Source of the DNA: a virus
Reading direction: 5' to 3' (one strand)
IMG/VR virus record: IMGVR_UViG_3300032287_003559
Location: 1-64,000 of that record
DNA length: 64,000 bases
In this document: in pieces, positions 18,701-29,700 of the stretch
Layout of the letters: the number at the start of each line of letters is the position of its first letter
Numbering within the stretch: the first letter of the stretch is position 1
The notes under the pieces: model-generated
What the model was told of the DNA's origin: nothing
The model's input: only the letters and a program-made list of their open reading frames with translations
The model's database searches: none
Made by a program: the position numbers and the translations under genes

Positions 18701-21700
18701 CCAAAGATATTTTGATGCTAGCGATTCCACTGTGGTTGATACTACAACAAATATTATAAAATTACCAAACCACTTCTTTGTAAGTGGTGAGGAGTTAATT
18801 TATACTAATGCAGGAGCTGGAAGTACGACAGCGATTGGTATAGCTACAACTAGCTTTGTTGGTGTTGGAACTACTAACAGATTGCCTTCAAGTGTCTATG
18901 CAGTAAAACTCAATAATAATTCGATTAGGTTGGCTGCTAGTGCAGCAGATGCTCTCAAATCGGTTCCAGTAACTTTAGATATTACAAGTGTTGGTATAGG
19001 TACTACCCATTCATTTACATCCAAAAATCAAAATGCTAAAGTTCTAGTAGCGATTGACAATTTAATTCAATCTCCAGTTGTTGCAAGTGCAGTTACTACT
19101 ACATTATCAATTAATGCATATACAACTGATGATGTATTATATTTTAGTGGGATTACTTCATTTTTTGGAGGAGATTTAATCAAGATTGGAAGCGAAATTA
19201 TGAGAATTGATGCTGTTGGATTTGGGAGTACTAATGCAATAAGAGTTCGCAGACCATGGCTTGGAACTGTAGTTGCAGGATATTCAACAGGATCTTTAGT
19301 AACTAAAGTTTCCGGAAATTATAATATTGTCGATAATACTATTAATTTTGTTGAAGCACCATATGGAAATATTCCACTGAGCACAAGTACAAATGCACCA
19401 GATGAAAGAGATTGGGTGGGAATATCTACATCTTCTAGTTTCCAAGGAAGAACTTTCTTGAGATCTGGTGTACCAAATACGTCTAATGAGACTTATTATA
19501 AAAACTATATCTTTGATGATATTTCTTCTGCATTTAATGGAATAAGAAGAGATTTTACACTAAAGTCGAATAAATCTAATGTAAGTGGTATTTATGATGA
19601 AAATGCTATCATATTAATAAATGATATTTTCCAAGAACCTGGATTATCAGCAGGATATACTCTTTCAGAAAACACTGGAATAACTTCAATTAGTTTTGTT
19701 GGAACTGGAATTTCAGTTTCATATGACATAAACAATTCAAATCTTCCAGTTGGTGGAATTATTGTATCGGTTGGTTCATCTGAAGGATTTGGGTATCAAC
19801 CTCTTGTTTCTGCTGGAGGAACTGCCTCAATATCTGGATTAGGTACAGTTTCTTCTATCAGCATTGGAAATAGTGGTTCTGGATATAGGGCAGCAAATCT
19901 GTATCAGGTTGTTACAAATACTTCATCCATTACAGGCATAGGATCTACTGTTTTTGCTATTGCTAATAATAATAGTGTCTTTAAAGTTTTAGAATTTACA
20001 AATAGTGGTTCAAATTGTAAAGTAAGTATTGGAACTTATATTTCCAATGCAAATATCATATCAGTTGGTACAACAACTATCAATATTGGATCCGCTAGCA
20101 CATCAACAAGACAAATCCCATCTGGAACTAAAGTTATTGTTTCAATAACAAATCCTACAGTAGGGTATGTAAATGTTGGTGTTGGTACTAGTGGTATTAA
20201 TACCTCTGGAATTTCTACAATCACTCATATTGGAATTGCGACAATTAGGGGTGGATATGTTGTATCTCCAGTTAGCATAACTAATCCAGGATCTGGATAC
20301 ACTTCAACAAGTAGACCATATGTAGTTATTGACGATCCTCTTTCATATTCAAATATTCCATTAATTTATAGTTCATCTTCATCTGGAATTGGAACACAAG
20401 CAACGATTGATATTGTTGTTGGACAAGGATCTAGTATTATTGATTTTGAGCTAAAAAATACGGGATATGGATATGGGCAAGGAGAAATTTTAACAATTGC
20501 CCCAGGTGGACTTACTGGAATTCCAACAACATCAAGTGCATTATTCAGAGAATTTCAAATTAGTGTTCAGAATACATTTTCAGATAAATTTACTGGATGG
20601 TCTATTGGACAATTACAAGCATTAGATGATTTGGATAGTCTATTCAATGGAAAAAGAGTTGTTTTCCCAATCACTTATCTAGGAAGTCTTGTTTCAATAC
20701 TTGCTTCAAAAGGTTCAAATATAAGTGTTCAAGACTCATTACTTGTTTTTATCAATGATGTTCTTCAAGTTCCTGGAGAAGCTTATTATTTCCCAGGAGG
20801 AAGTTCTATAACATTTGCAGAACCACCAAAATCTGGAGATAGTTCAAAAATTATTTTCTACAAAGGAAGCGGTTCTATTGATGTCGTTGAAAGAAATATT
20901 TTAGAAACTGTAAAAATAGGTGATGAATTAACAATAGGTTATGATTCATCTAGTGGACAAAGTTCAACATTGCAAGAGGAAACAAGAACAGTTACGAATA
21001 TAAATTCAACTGATTTGGTAAATACAAATCCTTATTTTGGTCCAGGAAATACATCAGATGAAACACTATTGAGACCTGTTGTTTGGTGTAGACAAACTGA
21101 AGATAAGATTATAAATGAGAAAGGAATTGGAAAAGATAGAATTCTCTACGAAGCGTCTATTTATCCATCATCATATCTTATTCAATCTGTTGGAATTGGA
21201 TCGACAATTGTTTATGTTGATAATATAAGACCATTTTTCAATCCATTAAATGAGAATAACACATCGCTTTCTTTCCAGAAAGATATTGCAATTATATCTC
21301 AGGATTCTAAAGTAGCAGCAGCTGCAACTGCAGTTGTATCTACTGCAGGAACTATATCTAGAATAGTTATTTCTGATGGTGGAGTTGGATATACAACTAA
21401 TCCTTCGGTAACTATACAAAATCCTGTGGGTTTGGGAACAACTCAAAGAGCACAGGCATCATCAACAATTTCTGCTGGTGGTACAGTTTCTTCTATAACA
21501 GTAACTTCTCCAGGTACAGGATATACATTTATATCTCCACCAAATGTATTGATTGAGTTACCATTCTTTAGTATTGAAAGTAATACTGTTAATTCTTATG
21601 AGGGTGATTTTGGAATAATCACAGGTATAGCAACTACTTCAGTTGGAGTTGCATCTACAGCAATTGTATTTGATTTTCTTATTCCAAATAATTCGTTCTT

Positions 21701-22130
21701 AAGAAATTCTGCGATAAGTGGTGTGACGACCGTTAGTGCAATTCAACCAGGATACTACTTTGTCGTATACAATTCTAATGTCGGTAGAGGTGTAACTTCT
21801 CTTAATTCTTCTAGAGCAGTTGTTGGAGTAGGATCAACTTTCTTAGATAATGTATATCAGGCTGTAGCAGTCTCAATAGCTCAAACATCCACAGTTGGAT
21901 TTGGATTCACATATGTTGCAAAAGTAACTGCAAGTCTTTCATCATATAATGGACTAAGTGGAATTGGGTTTAGTAATTTTTATGGAGAATTTAGTTGGGG
22001 AAGAATTTCTTTAGGTTCAAGATCTAAAGATAATTCATATAATGCATATACCTTGAGGGGATTTGTTGGTTTAAGTACTGGTACAATGATTAGAAGGTCA
22101 AATTCTCTGAAGTATCTGAACTATATGTGA
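9798..22130 (+). CDS. g7: Giant baseplate wedge initiator / structural protein (gp7-like, 4110 aa)
   Basis: Lies between g6 and g8; FYRSKGTDESFQILFKALYG and IQDSYYYQNFSYSLKS motifs; many beta-rich internal repeats. Confidence 0.75.
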   Translation: MTETRIKFSNIVQNQLPAYIREEFPLVSEFLSQYYISQEFKSSPIDLIQNIDRYVKIDEQTNLTESAVLSGDLSINDDTIYVSFDGSVSNGTYGFPDSYGLIKIDDEIITYTGKTSNSFTGCIRGFSGITSYDKPNSPDELVFSQSEIREHTSGAVITNLSSLFLKEFLVKSKYQLLPGFGNRELNENINQSLFIKQAKDFYRSKGTDESFQILFKALYGEHVSIIRPKDYLFRPSDAHYLVTEDLVVESISGDPLNLSNLTLYQDEYNNISKAYAPITKVEKIISGIGNTYYKLSLDAGYNRDIGVDGSIYGNFSIHPKTKVIGQVSTGTTFLSVDSTVGFPQSGELSVVYSDGSSGVISYSSKSLTQFFGCSNISGTILDASNVGINTFAYAVYENEVIKIKINSVLENLTISDDTYYYSKGDSAEIKTLGINSKDSISNNWLLNLSTKYDIQSLVRTDSSDNTYQITTKNNHIFKIGDSVTIIGNGGTQRNSTIIDITSQKSFTIKGQGELPSNETYSIKRNILKVNSSVFPSSSIIDANVQNVYKSKDKLLVSSPSLPYYNQQALDASNRLITFTGTFAPVGIASTDIFNITSGVDHGFYTGDLIYYTPEKTSTSSTDSEGNVTVSSTILSSLFDEGLYYVKRVDPNNVKFAKSRTNINNSIFISVSGNVTVTNNTIEPYDLRAKSLGSQKLLREISTAIDDGQVYPTKPGTTGILINGVEILNYKSKDNVYYGPIEEIIVTAGGSNYDVINPPILNITDSVGVGATGYCAVSGNLKEIRVIDPGFDYEGTPSVNITGGNGLNATALANMKLISYEVSFNSQSNAALVSLGSSLSTIGFSTYHKFRNSERVIYKTSGQKAVGGLSTDSSYYVSVTNPYTVRLHKTLDDAVSGINTITLTSYGVGSHALQSYDKKSVLASVTIVDPGSGYENKKKTVSSSGISTSLDSIQLKNHEFKSGEIITYNTDGTSISGLSTNTNYYVTRIDDDSFKLSQVGITTSDKDFYYKTNQYVKLNSVGSGNHIFNYPEISVEIVGNIGIASTSGSNFKAIVQPIFRGEITSIHLSNTGVGYGSPDILNYNRIPSVTLNAGVGGQFTPVISDGKLVEVIVNDRGNGYNSPPDLTVNGDGTGASITPIVENGKIQSVKVIEGGAGYKSSTTSIIVTSAGTGVKFLPKIKSWNVNLFQKYFNNITTDDGFIVSSLNSNYGLQYTHVYAPRKLREIIYSVDQTGNILYGGSKTDLKKIDNNEVVSTDHSPIIGWAYDGNPIYGPYGYVTKQGGIISQMKSGYVEDLKPNRPSLTEFPLGFFTEDYTYLKVSDETVLDENNGRFCVTPEFPNGTYAYFATINNSYADSSGTFSGYKRPVFPYLIGENYKSKPNDFNFKKSSNQDEIDLNQTDWSRNTYPYNLIDNSSSYSYLTVPNLLNQTIDVKYASPGYIESIGITTGGSNYKVNDSVVFDNDASGGYSASAKVSRLKGKSVNSVSVATSTIYNVEFYPTDNKGSLILISPNPHKFTNGDTISVSGLSTDATLIEGSYKVGISTINTLTLSAGIGASTVTGIDTYFSVVGNLNQNYIRENDIFVIGSERVKVLAVDNNSSRIRVLRSIDSTVGSSHTATEVLYEDPRKLTINSGFKTSYDYKINKEIYFDPRQSVGLGTRSGVGIGTTIFFSNPGVGITQIFIPTKTIYIPNHQLQTGDQLVYSLNGGSAIGVSTNGISSSVTLSDQSILYVAKVSDDLIGISTVKVGLGSTGTFLGITTATNGLSTLFFTGIGTGTYHSFKTNYSVISGRISRNLVTVSVGETHGLQNDDNVFVDVNPSISTSFVIKYNDYNRKLLVSPKSFSSAGVNTSTETITITNHGFINGQKVIHNSPSPSGGLQDNQIYYVVIVDDNNIRLSNNYYSSIGQKPTIVGITSSSSGTLSPVNPPIQVYRNSTVTFDLSDSSLSYLSLSNRYPAFDLTFYKDSNFTEVFNSTKETNVFEIQKYGTVGVTTDAKVILTVNDYIPDKLYYTLVPIYNNINLPAEKAQVNIDSSVFSNNEIQVRTSVYNGKHNVTIASTNSFTYNLSQTPEATSYSSTTSILEYETDSLSAYGPISKIDIVNKGQNYYSLPGITSVISNIGSNALLEASSNTIGKIKKTKINDIGFDFPSDFTIRPSVSLPQICKIDPLASFESIGITSVGRGYTCPAKLVVLDGKTNQIVPEVDLRYNLGDTQVTILRNAYGLNNVTPTILPTQNSNGVGISSISFDSITKDVTVVLSVGFSTADSFPFAINDKVLIENISVGVNSTAKGYNSSDYNYQLFTINYVDANLGGNNATVKYNIGQFLNSGEIPGNYDSTNSSGRIVPQKYFPIFNPILKKNNFLIDEAIKSPSANGYVESWNNLTNYLKIRSTEDFVIGETVEGSVSKTQGIISTLNRFDSFLKLNSKSKVEKGWQDDAGFLNQNLQKIQDSYYYQNFSYSLKSKVDYDTWKDSVDTLNHTLGFKRFADYQLESALPKLNSNSMVVGLSTDLTYFDSTTDIVSFVDLNCVYDFDSVRENSLQIGSSSFSDEITFSSRILTDYFESVGNRVLYIDDISSQFNSNPRSSRFSEVHRFDLGDARAQKYITYVRDRRYSGQRQVMLVTLLHDGSLGYISQYGRVESTYDQGSFDFAIEGTEGILLFYPTKYTVNDYNVTTLSYNLKDNLTGAGSSSFGGIVDIKTSSVSVSSGATTIVGIASTYTSAKVLVEITGSNGDYQFDELSILHDGTTIEFIDYGQLTTISANQYSNTGLGTYYPYLSGSQLKIDFTPFAGIGVTVNTIQVAIGNTLSSGIGTFDMKRARLSARSTSISSSPSPVATVIAEYPQDYDCAYAILQVSDTTNNRHQLSELVILDDDAETYFAEYANVETFAGLGTVGAATTTSTRITFTPLPNINVQVKIFFNALRYQDDEKDVVDFNNATLETNDGVYYGTERDIKRAFELSHDGYKIFQRYFDASDSTVVDTTTNIIKLPNHFFVSGEELIYTNAGAGSTTAIGIATTSFVGVGTTNRLPSSVYAVKLNNNSIRLAASAADALKSVPVTLDITSVGIGTTHSFTSKNQNAKVLVAIDNLIQSPVVASAVTTTLSINAYTTDDVLYFSGITSFFGGDLIKIGSEIMRIDAVGFGSTNAIRVRRPWLGTVVAGYSTGSLVTKVSGNYNIVDNTINFVEAPYGNIPLSTSTNAPDERDWVGISTSSSFQGRTFLRSGVPNTSNETYYKNYIFDDISSAFNGIRRDFTLKSNKSNVSGIYDENAIILINDIFQEPGLSAGYTLSENTGITSISFVGTGISVSYDINNSNLPVGGIIVSVGSSEGFGYQPLVSAGGTASISGLGTVSSISIGNSGSGYRAANLYQVVTNTSSITGIGSTVFAIANNNSVFKVLEFTNSGSNCKVSIGTYISNANIISVGTTTINIGSASTSTRQIPSGTKVIVSITNPTVGYVNVGVGTSGINTSGISTITHIGIATIRGGYVVSPVSITNPGSGYTSTSRPYVVIDDPLSYSNIPLIYSSSSSGIGTQATIDIVVGQGSSIIDFELKNTGYGYGQGEILTIAPGGLTGIPTTSSALFREFQISVQNTFSDKFTGWSIGQLQALDDLDSLFNGKRVVFPITYLGSLVSILASKGSNISVQDSLLVFINDVLQVPGEAYYFPGGSSITFAEPPKSGDSSKIIFYKGSGSIDVVERNILETVKIGDELTIGYDSSSGQSSTLQEETRTVTNINSTDLVNTNPYFGPGNTSDETLLRPVVWCRQTEDKIINEKGIGKDRILYEASIYPSSYLIQSVGIGSTIVYVDNIRPFFNPLNENNTSLSFQKDIAIISQDSKVAAAATAVVSTAGTISRIVISDGGVGYTTNPSVTIQNPVGLGTTQRAQASSTISAGGTVSSITVTSPGTGYTFISPPNVLIELPFFSIESNTVNSYEGDFGIITGIATTSVGVASTAIVFDFLIPNNSFLRNSAISGVTTVSAIQPGYYFVVYNSNVGRGVTSLNSSRAVVGVGSTFLDNVYQAVAVSIAQTSTVGFGFTYVAKVTASLSSYNGLSGIGFSNFYGEFSWGRISLGSRSKDNSYNAYTLRGFVGLSTGTMIRRSNSLKYLNYM

Positions 22131-22136
22131 TAAATA
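22130..22136 (+). promoter_or_regulatory. Late promoter upstream of g8
   Basis: ATAAATA. Confidence 0.7.
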
Positions 22137-22153
22137 GATAAAAAACTCATAAA

Positions 22154-23704
22154 ATGGCTGCAATTATAACCGATCAAATTAGAATATTGAATGCTAAAAA
22201 TTTTGTAGCGGGAGTTACTACCTCTAGAAATTCTTATTATTCTTTTATTGGTTTGCCAAATGCAACTGATATTCAGTCTGATTGGGATACCACCCCACCT
22301 TCACCAAAAGATAATTTTAACGAAGAAAATAATTACTGGGATACGATGATTGCATTGAAAAAAATCAATGCAAGTGATATAAGACAGGTCATACAAAAGA
22401 GAGTTTGGTCATCAGGTACAGTATATGATATGTACCGTCATGACTATAGTAGATCAAACACTGCGAAGGTCTCTGGATCGACAAATTTATACTCTTCATT
22501 CTTTTATGTTTTAAATAGTGACTATAGGGTTTATATCTGCTTACAGAACGGAACAAATCCAGAAAATCCAAATGGAAAACCTTCATTAGATGAGCCAACA
22601 TTTACAGATTTAGAGCCAAGATCTGCTGGTTCTAGTGGAGATGGTTATATATGGAAGTATCTGTATACTATTAAACCAAATGATATTGTAAAATTTGATT
22701 CTACAGATTTTATGCCAGTTCCTTCTGATTGGGATACTGCAGCAGAAAATTCTGCCGTAAGAGATAACGCAGTGGATGGATCTATTAAAATTGTAACAAT
22801 TACTAATAGAGGAGTTGGTGTAGGGACTGCAAATAGAACTTATACGAGGGTTCCAATTAGAGGTGACGGTACAGGAGCAGAGTGTACAATTGTAGTTAAC
22901 AATGATCAGCAAGTAGAATCTGTAGTTGTTTCAAATCAAGGATCTGGATATACCTATGGGAACGTTGATTTAGCTGCTGGAGGAGCTCCAACTGGAACAA
23001 CAACTCCAACTTTTGATGTTATCATTCCCCCTCAGGGAGGACATGGATATGATATCTATAGGGAACTTGGAGCATACAATGTTCTTCTTTACTCAAGAAT
23101 AGAAAATGATGTAGAAAACCCAGATTTTATTACAGGAAATCAAATTGCCAGGGTTGGTATTGTAAAAGATCCCAAATCTTTTGCATCTTCTCAAATATTA
23201 ACCTTAGATAAGGCAAGTGCCCTACCTGCACTTAGATTAACTGGAATAGGTTATAGCTCTGCCACATTTACTGCAGATTCTTACATATATCAGACAGTAT
23301 CGACGGGAACTACTGCTGTTGGAAGAGTTGTAAGTTATGATCAAACAACAGGGGTATTAAAGTACTGGCAAGATAGAACTTTTGCAGGGTTTACCACCGC
23401 AGGAATTGGGATAACAAATCCATCTTATGGATATGACCTCACTGAATTTACAAGCTCACCTTCAACAGGCGGTAGTGTAACTATAGTTGGTGGAAGTGTT
23501 AATTTATCAATAAGTACTTCATTTACCGGTCTATCAACAGTAATAAATAGTAGGACCTATTATCTTGGGCAATCATTTACAAATGGTATTGCTTCACCTG
23601 AGGTTAAAAAATACAGTGGTAGTATCATTTATGTAGATAACAGGCCATCAATTACAAGATCATCAAATCAAAAAGAAGATATTAAAGTCATTTTGCAGTT
23701 CTAA
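22154..23704 (+). CDS. g8: Baseplate wedge protein gp8
   Basis: MAAIITDQIRILNA, YRVYICLQN, DGYIWKYLYTI, C-terminal QKEDIKVILQF. Confidence 0.9.
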   Translation: MAAIITDQIRILNAKNFVAGVTTSRNSYYSFIGLPNATDIQSDWDTTPPSPKDNFNEENNYWDTMIALKKINASDIRQVIQKRVWSSGTVYDMYRHDYSRSNTAKVSGSTNLYSSFFYVLNSDYRVYICLQNGTNPENPNGKPSLDEPTFTDLEPRSAGSSGDGYIWKYLYTIKPNDIVKFDSTDFMPVPSDWDTAAENSAVRDNAVDGSIKIVTITNRGVGVGTANRTYTRVPIRGDGTGAECTIVVNNDQQVESVVVSNQGSGYTYGNVDLAAGGAPTGTTTPTFDVIIPPQGGHGYDIYRELGAYNVLLYSRIENDVENPDFITGNQIARVGIVKDPKSFASSQILTLDKASALPALRLTGIGYSSATFTADSYIYQTVSTGTTAVGRVVSYDQTTGVLKYWQDRTFAGFTTAGIGITNPSYGYDLTEFTSSPSTGGSVTIVGGSVNLSISTSFTGLSTVINSRTYYLGQSFTNGIASPEVKKYSGSIIYVDNRPSITRSSNQKEDIKVILQF

Positions 23705-23710
23705 AGAATT

Positions 23711-26700
23711 ATGTCTCAGCAAACTAATCTCAATACATCTCCATATTTTGATGATTTTGATGCAAATAATGACTATTATAGAGTTCTTTTTAAACCTGGA
23801 TACCCTGTACAGGCAAGAGAACTGACAACTTTACAATCAATATTACAAAACCAGATTGAAAAATTTGGACAGCACTTTTTTAAAGAGGGTGCTAAAGTTA
23901 TTCCAGGAAACACTGCATATAATGCACTTTATTATGCGGTCGAGTTAAATAATACTTATCTAGGAGTGCCCCTATTAGCTTATGCAGATCAGCTAATAGG
24001 GTCAAAAATTACTGGGCAAATTTCTGGAATTACTGCAGTAGTTAATCAAGTATTGTCGCCAACCGATTCTGAGAGAGGTAATATAACTTTATACGTTAGT
24101 TATATTGGTTCTAGCACTCAAAATAATTCAACTCAACAGTTTTTTGATGGAGAATCTTTAGTATCAAACGTATCAATTTCTTCCGGACTTCTTGGAAACT
24201 CAACCATTTCTGCAGGTTCTCCTTTTGGAATTACAGTAGCAAATAATGCAACTTCAATTGGATCTGCATTTTCAATAACAGATGGTGTTTATTTTGTTCG
24301 TGGACAATTTGTAAATGTTAATTCAGAAACATTAATTCTTGATCAATATACAAATAAACCAAATTATAGAATAGGTTTATTTGTTAATGAGGAAATTGTA
24401 AACGCTGATATTGATGAGTCACTAAATGACAATTCCCAGGGATTTAATAACTATTCAGCACCAGGTGCAGATAGATTAAAGATCTCAGTCTCTTTATTTA
24501 AAAAAAGTTTAGATGATTTTAATGATAATTCATTTGTTGAATTAGCAACTGTTAAAGATGGTGTTCTTATATCACAAAAAACAACGACCAGTTACAATAT
24601 AATTTCAGATGAACTAGCAAGAAGAACATATTCAGAATCTGGCGATTATTATGTAAACCCCTTTGATGTTTCTATAAAAGAATCTTTAAATAATGGATTG
24701 GGAAATCGTGGTATTTTCAATATTGGACAATTTACTTATGGTGGATCTACACCATCTGATGATTTAGCTGTATATCAAGTATCTCCAGGAAAAGCCTTTG
24801 TAAGGGGATATGAAATTGAAACAGTTTCCTCAACATTTTTAGACGTACCAAAGCCAAGAACAACAAAAACATTAGAAAATTTAGGAATTAATTATAATAC
24901 CGGACCAACATTAAGATTAAATAGAGTTTATGGTTCTCCAGTTGTTGGTGTTGGAAATACTTATGTTCTAAGTTTAAGAAGCGAAAGAGTTGGATCTGCT
25001 CAAACAACTGCCCCAGGGAAAGAAATTGGAGTAGCAAGAGTTTATGATTTTAAACTAGAATCTGGATCATACAATGCTTCTAATTTAAATACAAATCAGT
25101 GGAATATATCTCTTTATGATATTCAAACAACAACTGAAATAACTCTCAATGAGCCAACTACACTTTCAATTCCAACTTTTGTAAAAGGAAATTCGAGTGG
25201 AGCTACAGCATTCCTAAAAGATGCAGTTTCAAACTCAAAATCTCTTGTTTTATATGAAAAAAATGGAGATTTTATAGCAAATGAATCATTTAGCTTTAAT
25301 GGTATAAACAACGGAAGAGTTGCTGTCGCAGTAACGTCATATGGAATTTCTGATATTAAATCTGTTTATGGTATTGTAGGATCTGCGTCTACATTTACAG
25401 CTGATACAATTCAATCTAACGCATATTCTGTTGGAATAGCAACTATTAGTTCATATTCTGGAAGTATTAGTACAATAACAAGCACAAATGTTTTATTCCC
25501 AGGAACAATCGTCAAACCCGGCAATTTAGTTAGATATACTAGTGCTTCTTCACCCGATCCAATAATTGCTAGGGTTGTTAGTGTTGGTGCAACTTTGGTC
25601 ACTATTACTCAAGTACAATCAGTACCTGGAATTACAAGTAGTGTATTACCTTCAAGTTCACTATCAGTAACAGATTTACAGATATTAACAACCAATTTAG
25701 AAAGTTCCACCGATAATACTCTTTATACAAAATTACCAAAGAACAATATTTCTTCAGTAGATCTTACCAACTCTTCACTAACAATAAGAAAATCATATAC
25801 CGTTAATATTTCCGGAAATCAACTATCTACTCCAGTTAGTGCAGGAACTAATGAAACATTTTTACCTTTTGATGAGGAAAGATATTCATTAATCAGGTCT
25901 GATGGAACAACCGAGGTTCTTACTTCTGATAAATTTGCTTTTATTTCTGGTTCAACGCAGTTGCAGATATACAATTTAGGTTCCAATAATATTGGAGCTA
26001 CTTTAATTGCTAGTTTAACAAAATCTAAACCAAAAGCAAAAATAAAGAGAAAAAATAGAGTTAATTCAATATTAATCAATAGATCTGCTTATTCATCTTC
26101 GGGTATTGGATCAACTACTCTGAATGACGGTCTAGTATATGGAAATTATCCATATGGAACTAGGGTTCAGGATCAAAATTTATCCCTAAACGTTTCAGAC
26201 GTTGTTGAAGTACATGCGATTTATGAATCATTAGATACATCAAACCCTTCAGCGCCAACAGTAATATTATCTTCAATTAGTGGACCATCGACAAAAACTG
26301 CAGATTTAATTATTGGAGAACAATTTGTTGGTCAACTTAGTGGAGCAATTGGCATATGTGCAGAAAAACTTACAGACTCTCAGATTTCATTTATTTCAAA
26401 AAATCAAAATAATTTTAAAGAAGGCGAAACAATTAAATTTGCAGAGTCAAATATAACAGCAGTAATTACTACTTTAAATTCTCCAAGTTCAAATATTTCA
26501 TCCAACTTTATTTTTACAAACGGTCAAAAAGATACTTTTTATGATTATGGAGTTATTTCAAGAAAATCTAATGCTGAAGAACCATCAAGAAAATTAAGAA
26601 TATATTTCTCAAATGGATACTATGATTCTACAGATGATGGAGATATTACGACAATAAATTCTTATACTGGATTTGATTATGGAAAAGAAATTCAAACTGT

Positions 26701-29700
26701 TAGTGGGATAAGAAATTCTGATATTATTGATATAAGACCAAAGACTACTGATTTCTCGGTTGCAGAAAATGTAAGATCTCCATTAGAATTTTATGGAAGA
26801 ACTTTTAATGGATCCGGAAACTCTGCAGCAAATATACTAGCTTCAGATGAACAGATTGTAACTACTTTTTCATTCTATCTAGGAAGAATAGATAGAATTT
26901 ACGTCACAAAAGACGGAAAAATGCAAGTTAAATATGGAACTCCATCTGAAAAACTTGAAAAACCTGTTTCTGTCGATGATGCTCTTGAAATTGCGACCGT
27001 AATTCTTCCACCTTATCTTTATAATGTATCCCAAGCTTCAATGGAGTTTTTGGATCATAAGAGATATAGAATGGTTGATATTAAACAACTTGAAAATAGA
27101 ATTAAAAATATCGAATATTATACCACACTATCTCTTCTTGAAACTAATACTGCGAATTTATTTGTTTCTGATGATAATGGATTGAATAGATTTAAATCTG
27201 GATTTTTTGTAGATAATTTCACTTCTCTTCTTGCACAAGAAGATAGTATCTTATATAAAAATAGTATTGATATTGAAAATAAAGAACTTAGACCAGCACA
27301 CTATACAAATTCAATTGATCTAGTTGCCGGTCCAGTTATTGGTATTGACCCAACAGATGATTTGCAATTTACTCCAATAGAAGGAACAAATGTTAGAAAA
27401 TCTGGAGATATTGTAACACTAGATTATGCTGAAGTAGAGTGGTTTAAGCAATCTTTTGCAACAAGATCGGAAAGTGTAACTCCTTTCTTAATTAGTTTTT
27501 GGCAGGGAACTGTAGAATTAACACCTTCATCAGATACATGGGTAGATACAACTCGTTTAGAAGCAAAGATTATTAATACTGAAGGAAATTATGCAGAAAC
27601 TCTTGCAAATGCAGTTAAAACCTTAAATGTAGATCCTCAGACTGGATTTGCTCCTGTCGTTTGGAATGCATGGCAAACTAATTGGACTGGAACTGAAATT
27701 GTTAATACAACAGCGACAAGAACCGAAGTTTCTGGAGGTGCTTGGAGAGGTGGTGGTGGAGCTCGTGCATCATTTGAAACCCAAACAACTTCTGTAATCC
27801 AAGATCAACTTAGAGAGACTAGAGATACTGGTGTTACTAGTAGAACTGGTTTGAGGACAATTGTTACGGAACAATTTGATAAGACTTCAGTTGGGGATAG
27901 AGTCGTAAGCAGAAATCTTATTCCTTATATGAGATCTAGAAATATTCAATTTATTTCTAAAAAAGTCAAACCATTAACACAATTATATGCGTTCTTTGAT
28001 GGTGTAGATGTTACAAAATATTGTGTCCCTAAACTTCTTGAAATAAGCATGGTTTCGGGAACTTTCCAAGTTGGAGAAACTGTAATAGGTGTAGCACAAA
28101 AAACTGGACTTGGACCAGAATCCGGACAAAATACTCCTAAGATAACATTTAGAGTTGCTCAATCAGATCATAAAGAAGGACCATACAATTCAGCGACTTC
28201 AACTTTCTCATATAACCCATATACTGGACAAACAATTCAGGCAACCTATTCTTCAACCTCAACAATTTTAAACGTTGATACTTTCTCTTTATCGAATCAA
28301 CCACAAGGACAATATAGTGGATGGGTTGAATCTGGAATGAGACTGGTTGGTCAAACAAGTGGTGCCCAAGCTACAATTACTAATTTAAGATTAGTATCCG
28401 ATATATCTGCAACATTGATTGGTAGTTTCTTTATTCCAAATCCAAATATCAATATCCATCCAAAATTTGAATCTGGTACTAAAACATTTACTCTAGTCAA
28501 TAATAATTTAAATGACCAGAATGCAGCTACAACAATTGCAGAAGAAGGATTTATTTCAAGTGGAACACTAGAAACGGTTCAAGAAAATATTATTTCTGTT
28601 AGAAATGCAAGAATTCAAAATAAGCAAGAATTTGAGCAAAATGCAGTATCAAGAACGACAGGAACTCAGATTGTTTCGAGTAGTGTTATTTCTAGAACCC
28701 AGAGACAAGTTCTTGTTGGATGGTATGATCCTCTTGCACAATCATTCTTAGTTGAAGATGAAACTGGAGTTTTCTTGACCAGATGCGATGTCTTCTTTAG
28801 ATCTAAAGATGATATGGATATTCCTGTAACGTTCCAATTAAGAACGATGCAGAACGGATTCCCAACACAGAAAGTTTTACCACTTTCAGAGGTCACTTTA
28901 GATCCAGATCAAGTAAATACCTCATCTGACGGATCTGTTGCAACTTCATTTGTATTTAAAGCTCCCGTTTATCTAGAGGGTGGAAAAGATTATTGCGTAT
29001 GCCTTGCTTCAAATTCTACAAAATATAGCGTATATATTTCAAGAATTGGAGAAAATGATCTATTAACACAAACATTTATTTCAAATCAACCAACTCTTGG
29101 TTCTCTATTCAAATCACAAAATGCATCTACTTGGGAAGCAAGTCAGTGGGAAGATCTTAAATTTACTCTTTATAGAGCAGACTTTTTAACTTCAGGTACT
29201 GTAGAGTTTTACAATCCAGAATTAACATCTGGTAATAATCAAATACCAACACTACTCCCAAATTCTCTGATTACAAATTCAAAGAGAATTAGAATTGGAA
29301 TTGGATCAACTTTAAATGATTCTGGTTTAACTTTGGGGAATACTGTTCTACAATCAAATACAAATGCAACAGGAAATTATGTAGGATCTGCTGGAATTGC
29401 TACAGGAACTCTTGGTATAATCAATCCTGGAATAGGATATACACCTACAAGTGGTGGATTAACTTTCAACAGTATTAATCTTACAACTATTACTGGTAGT
29501 GGTAGAGATGCGACTGCAAATGTTACCATTAGTAATGGAGTGGCTGTTGCAGCAACAATTGTAAGTGGAGGAACTGGATATCAAGTTGGAGATGTTTTAA
29601 GTATTGGTCCTATTGGAATATCTTCAGTTGGAAAAAATATAAGACTTTCTGTTGGATCAATTTCTGCAGTTAATCAACTAATTCTAGATAATGTTCAAGG

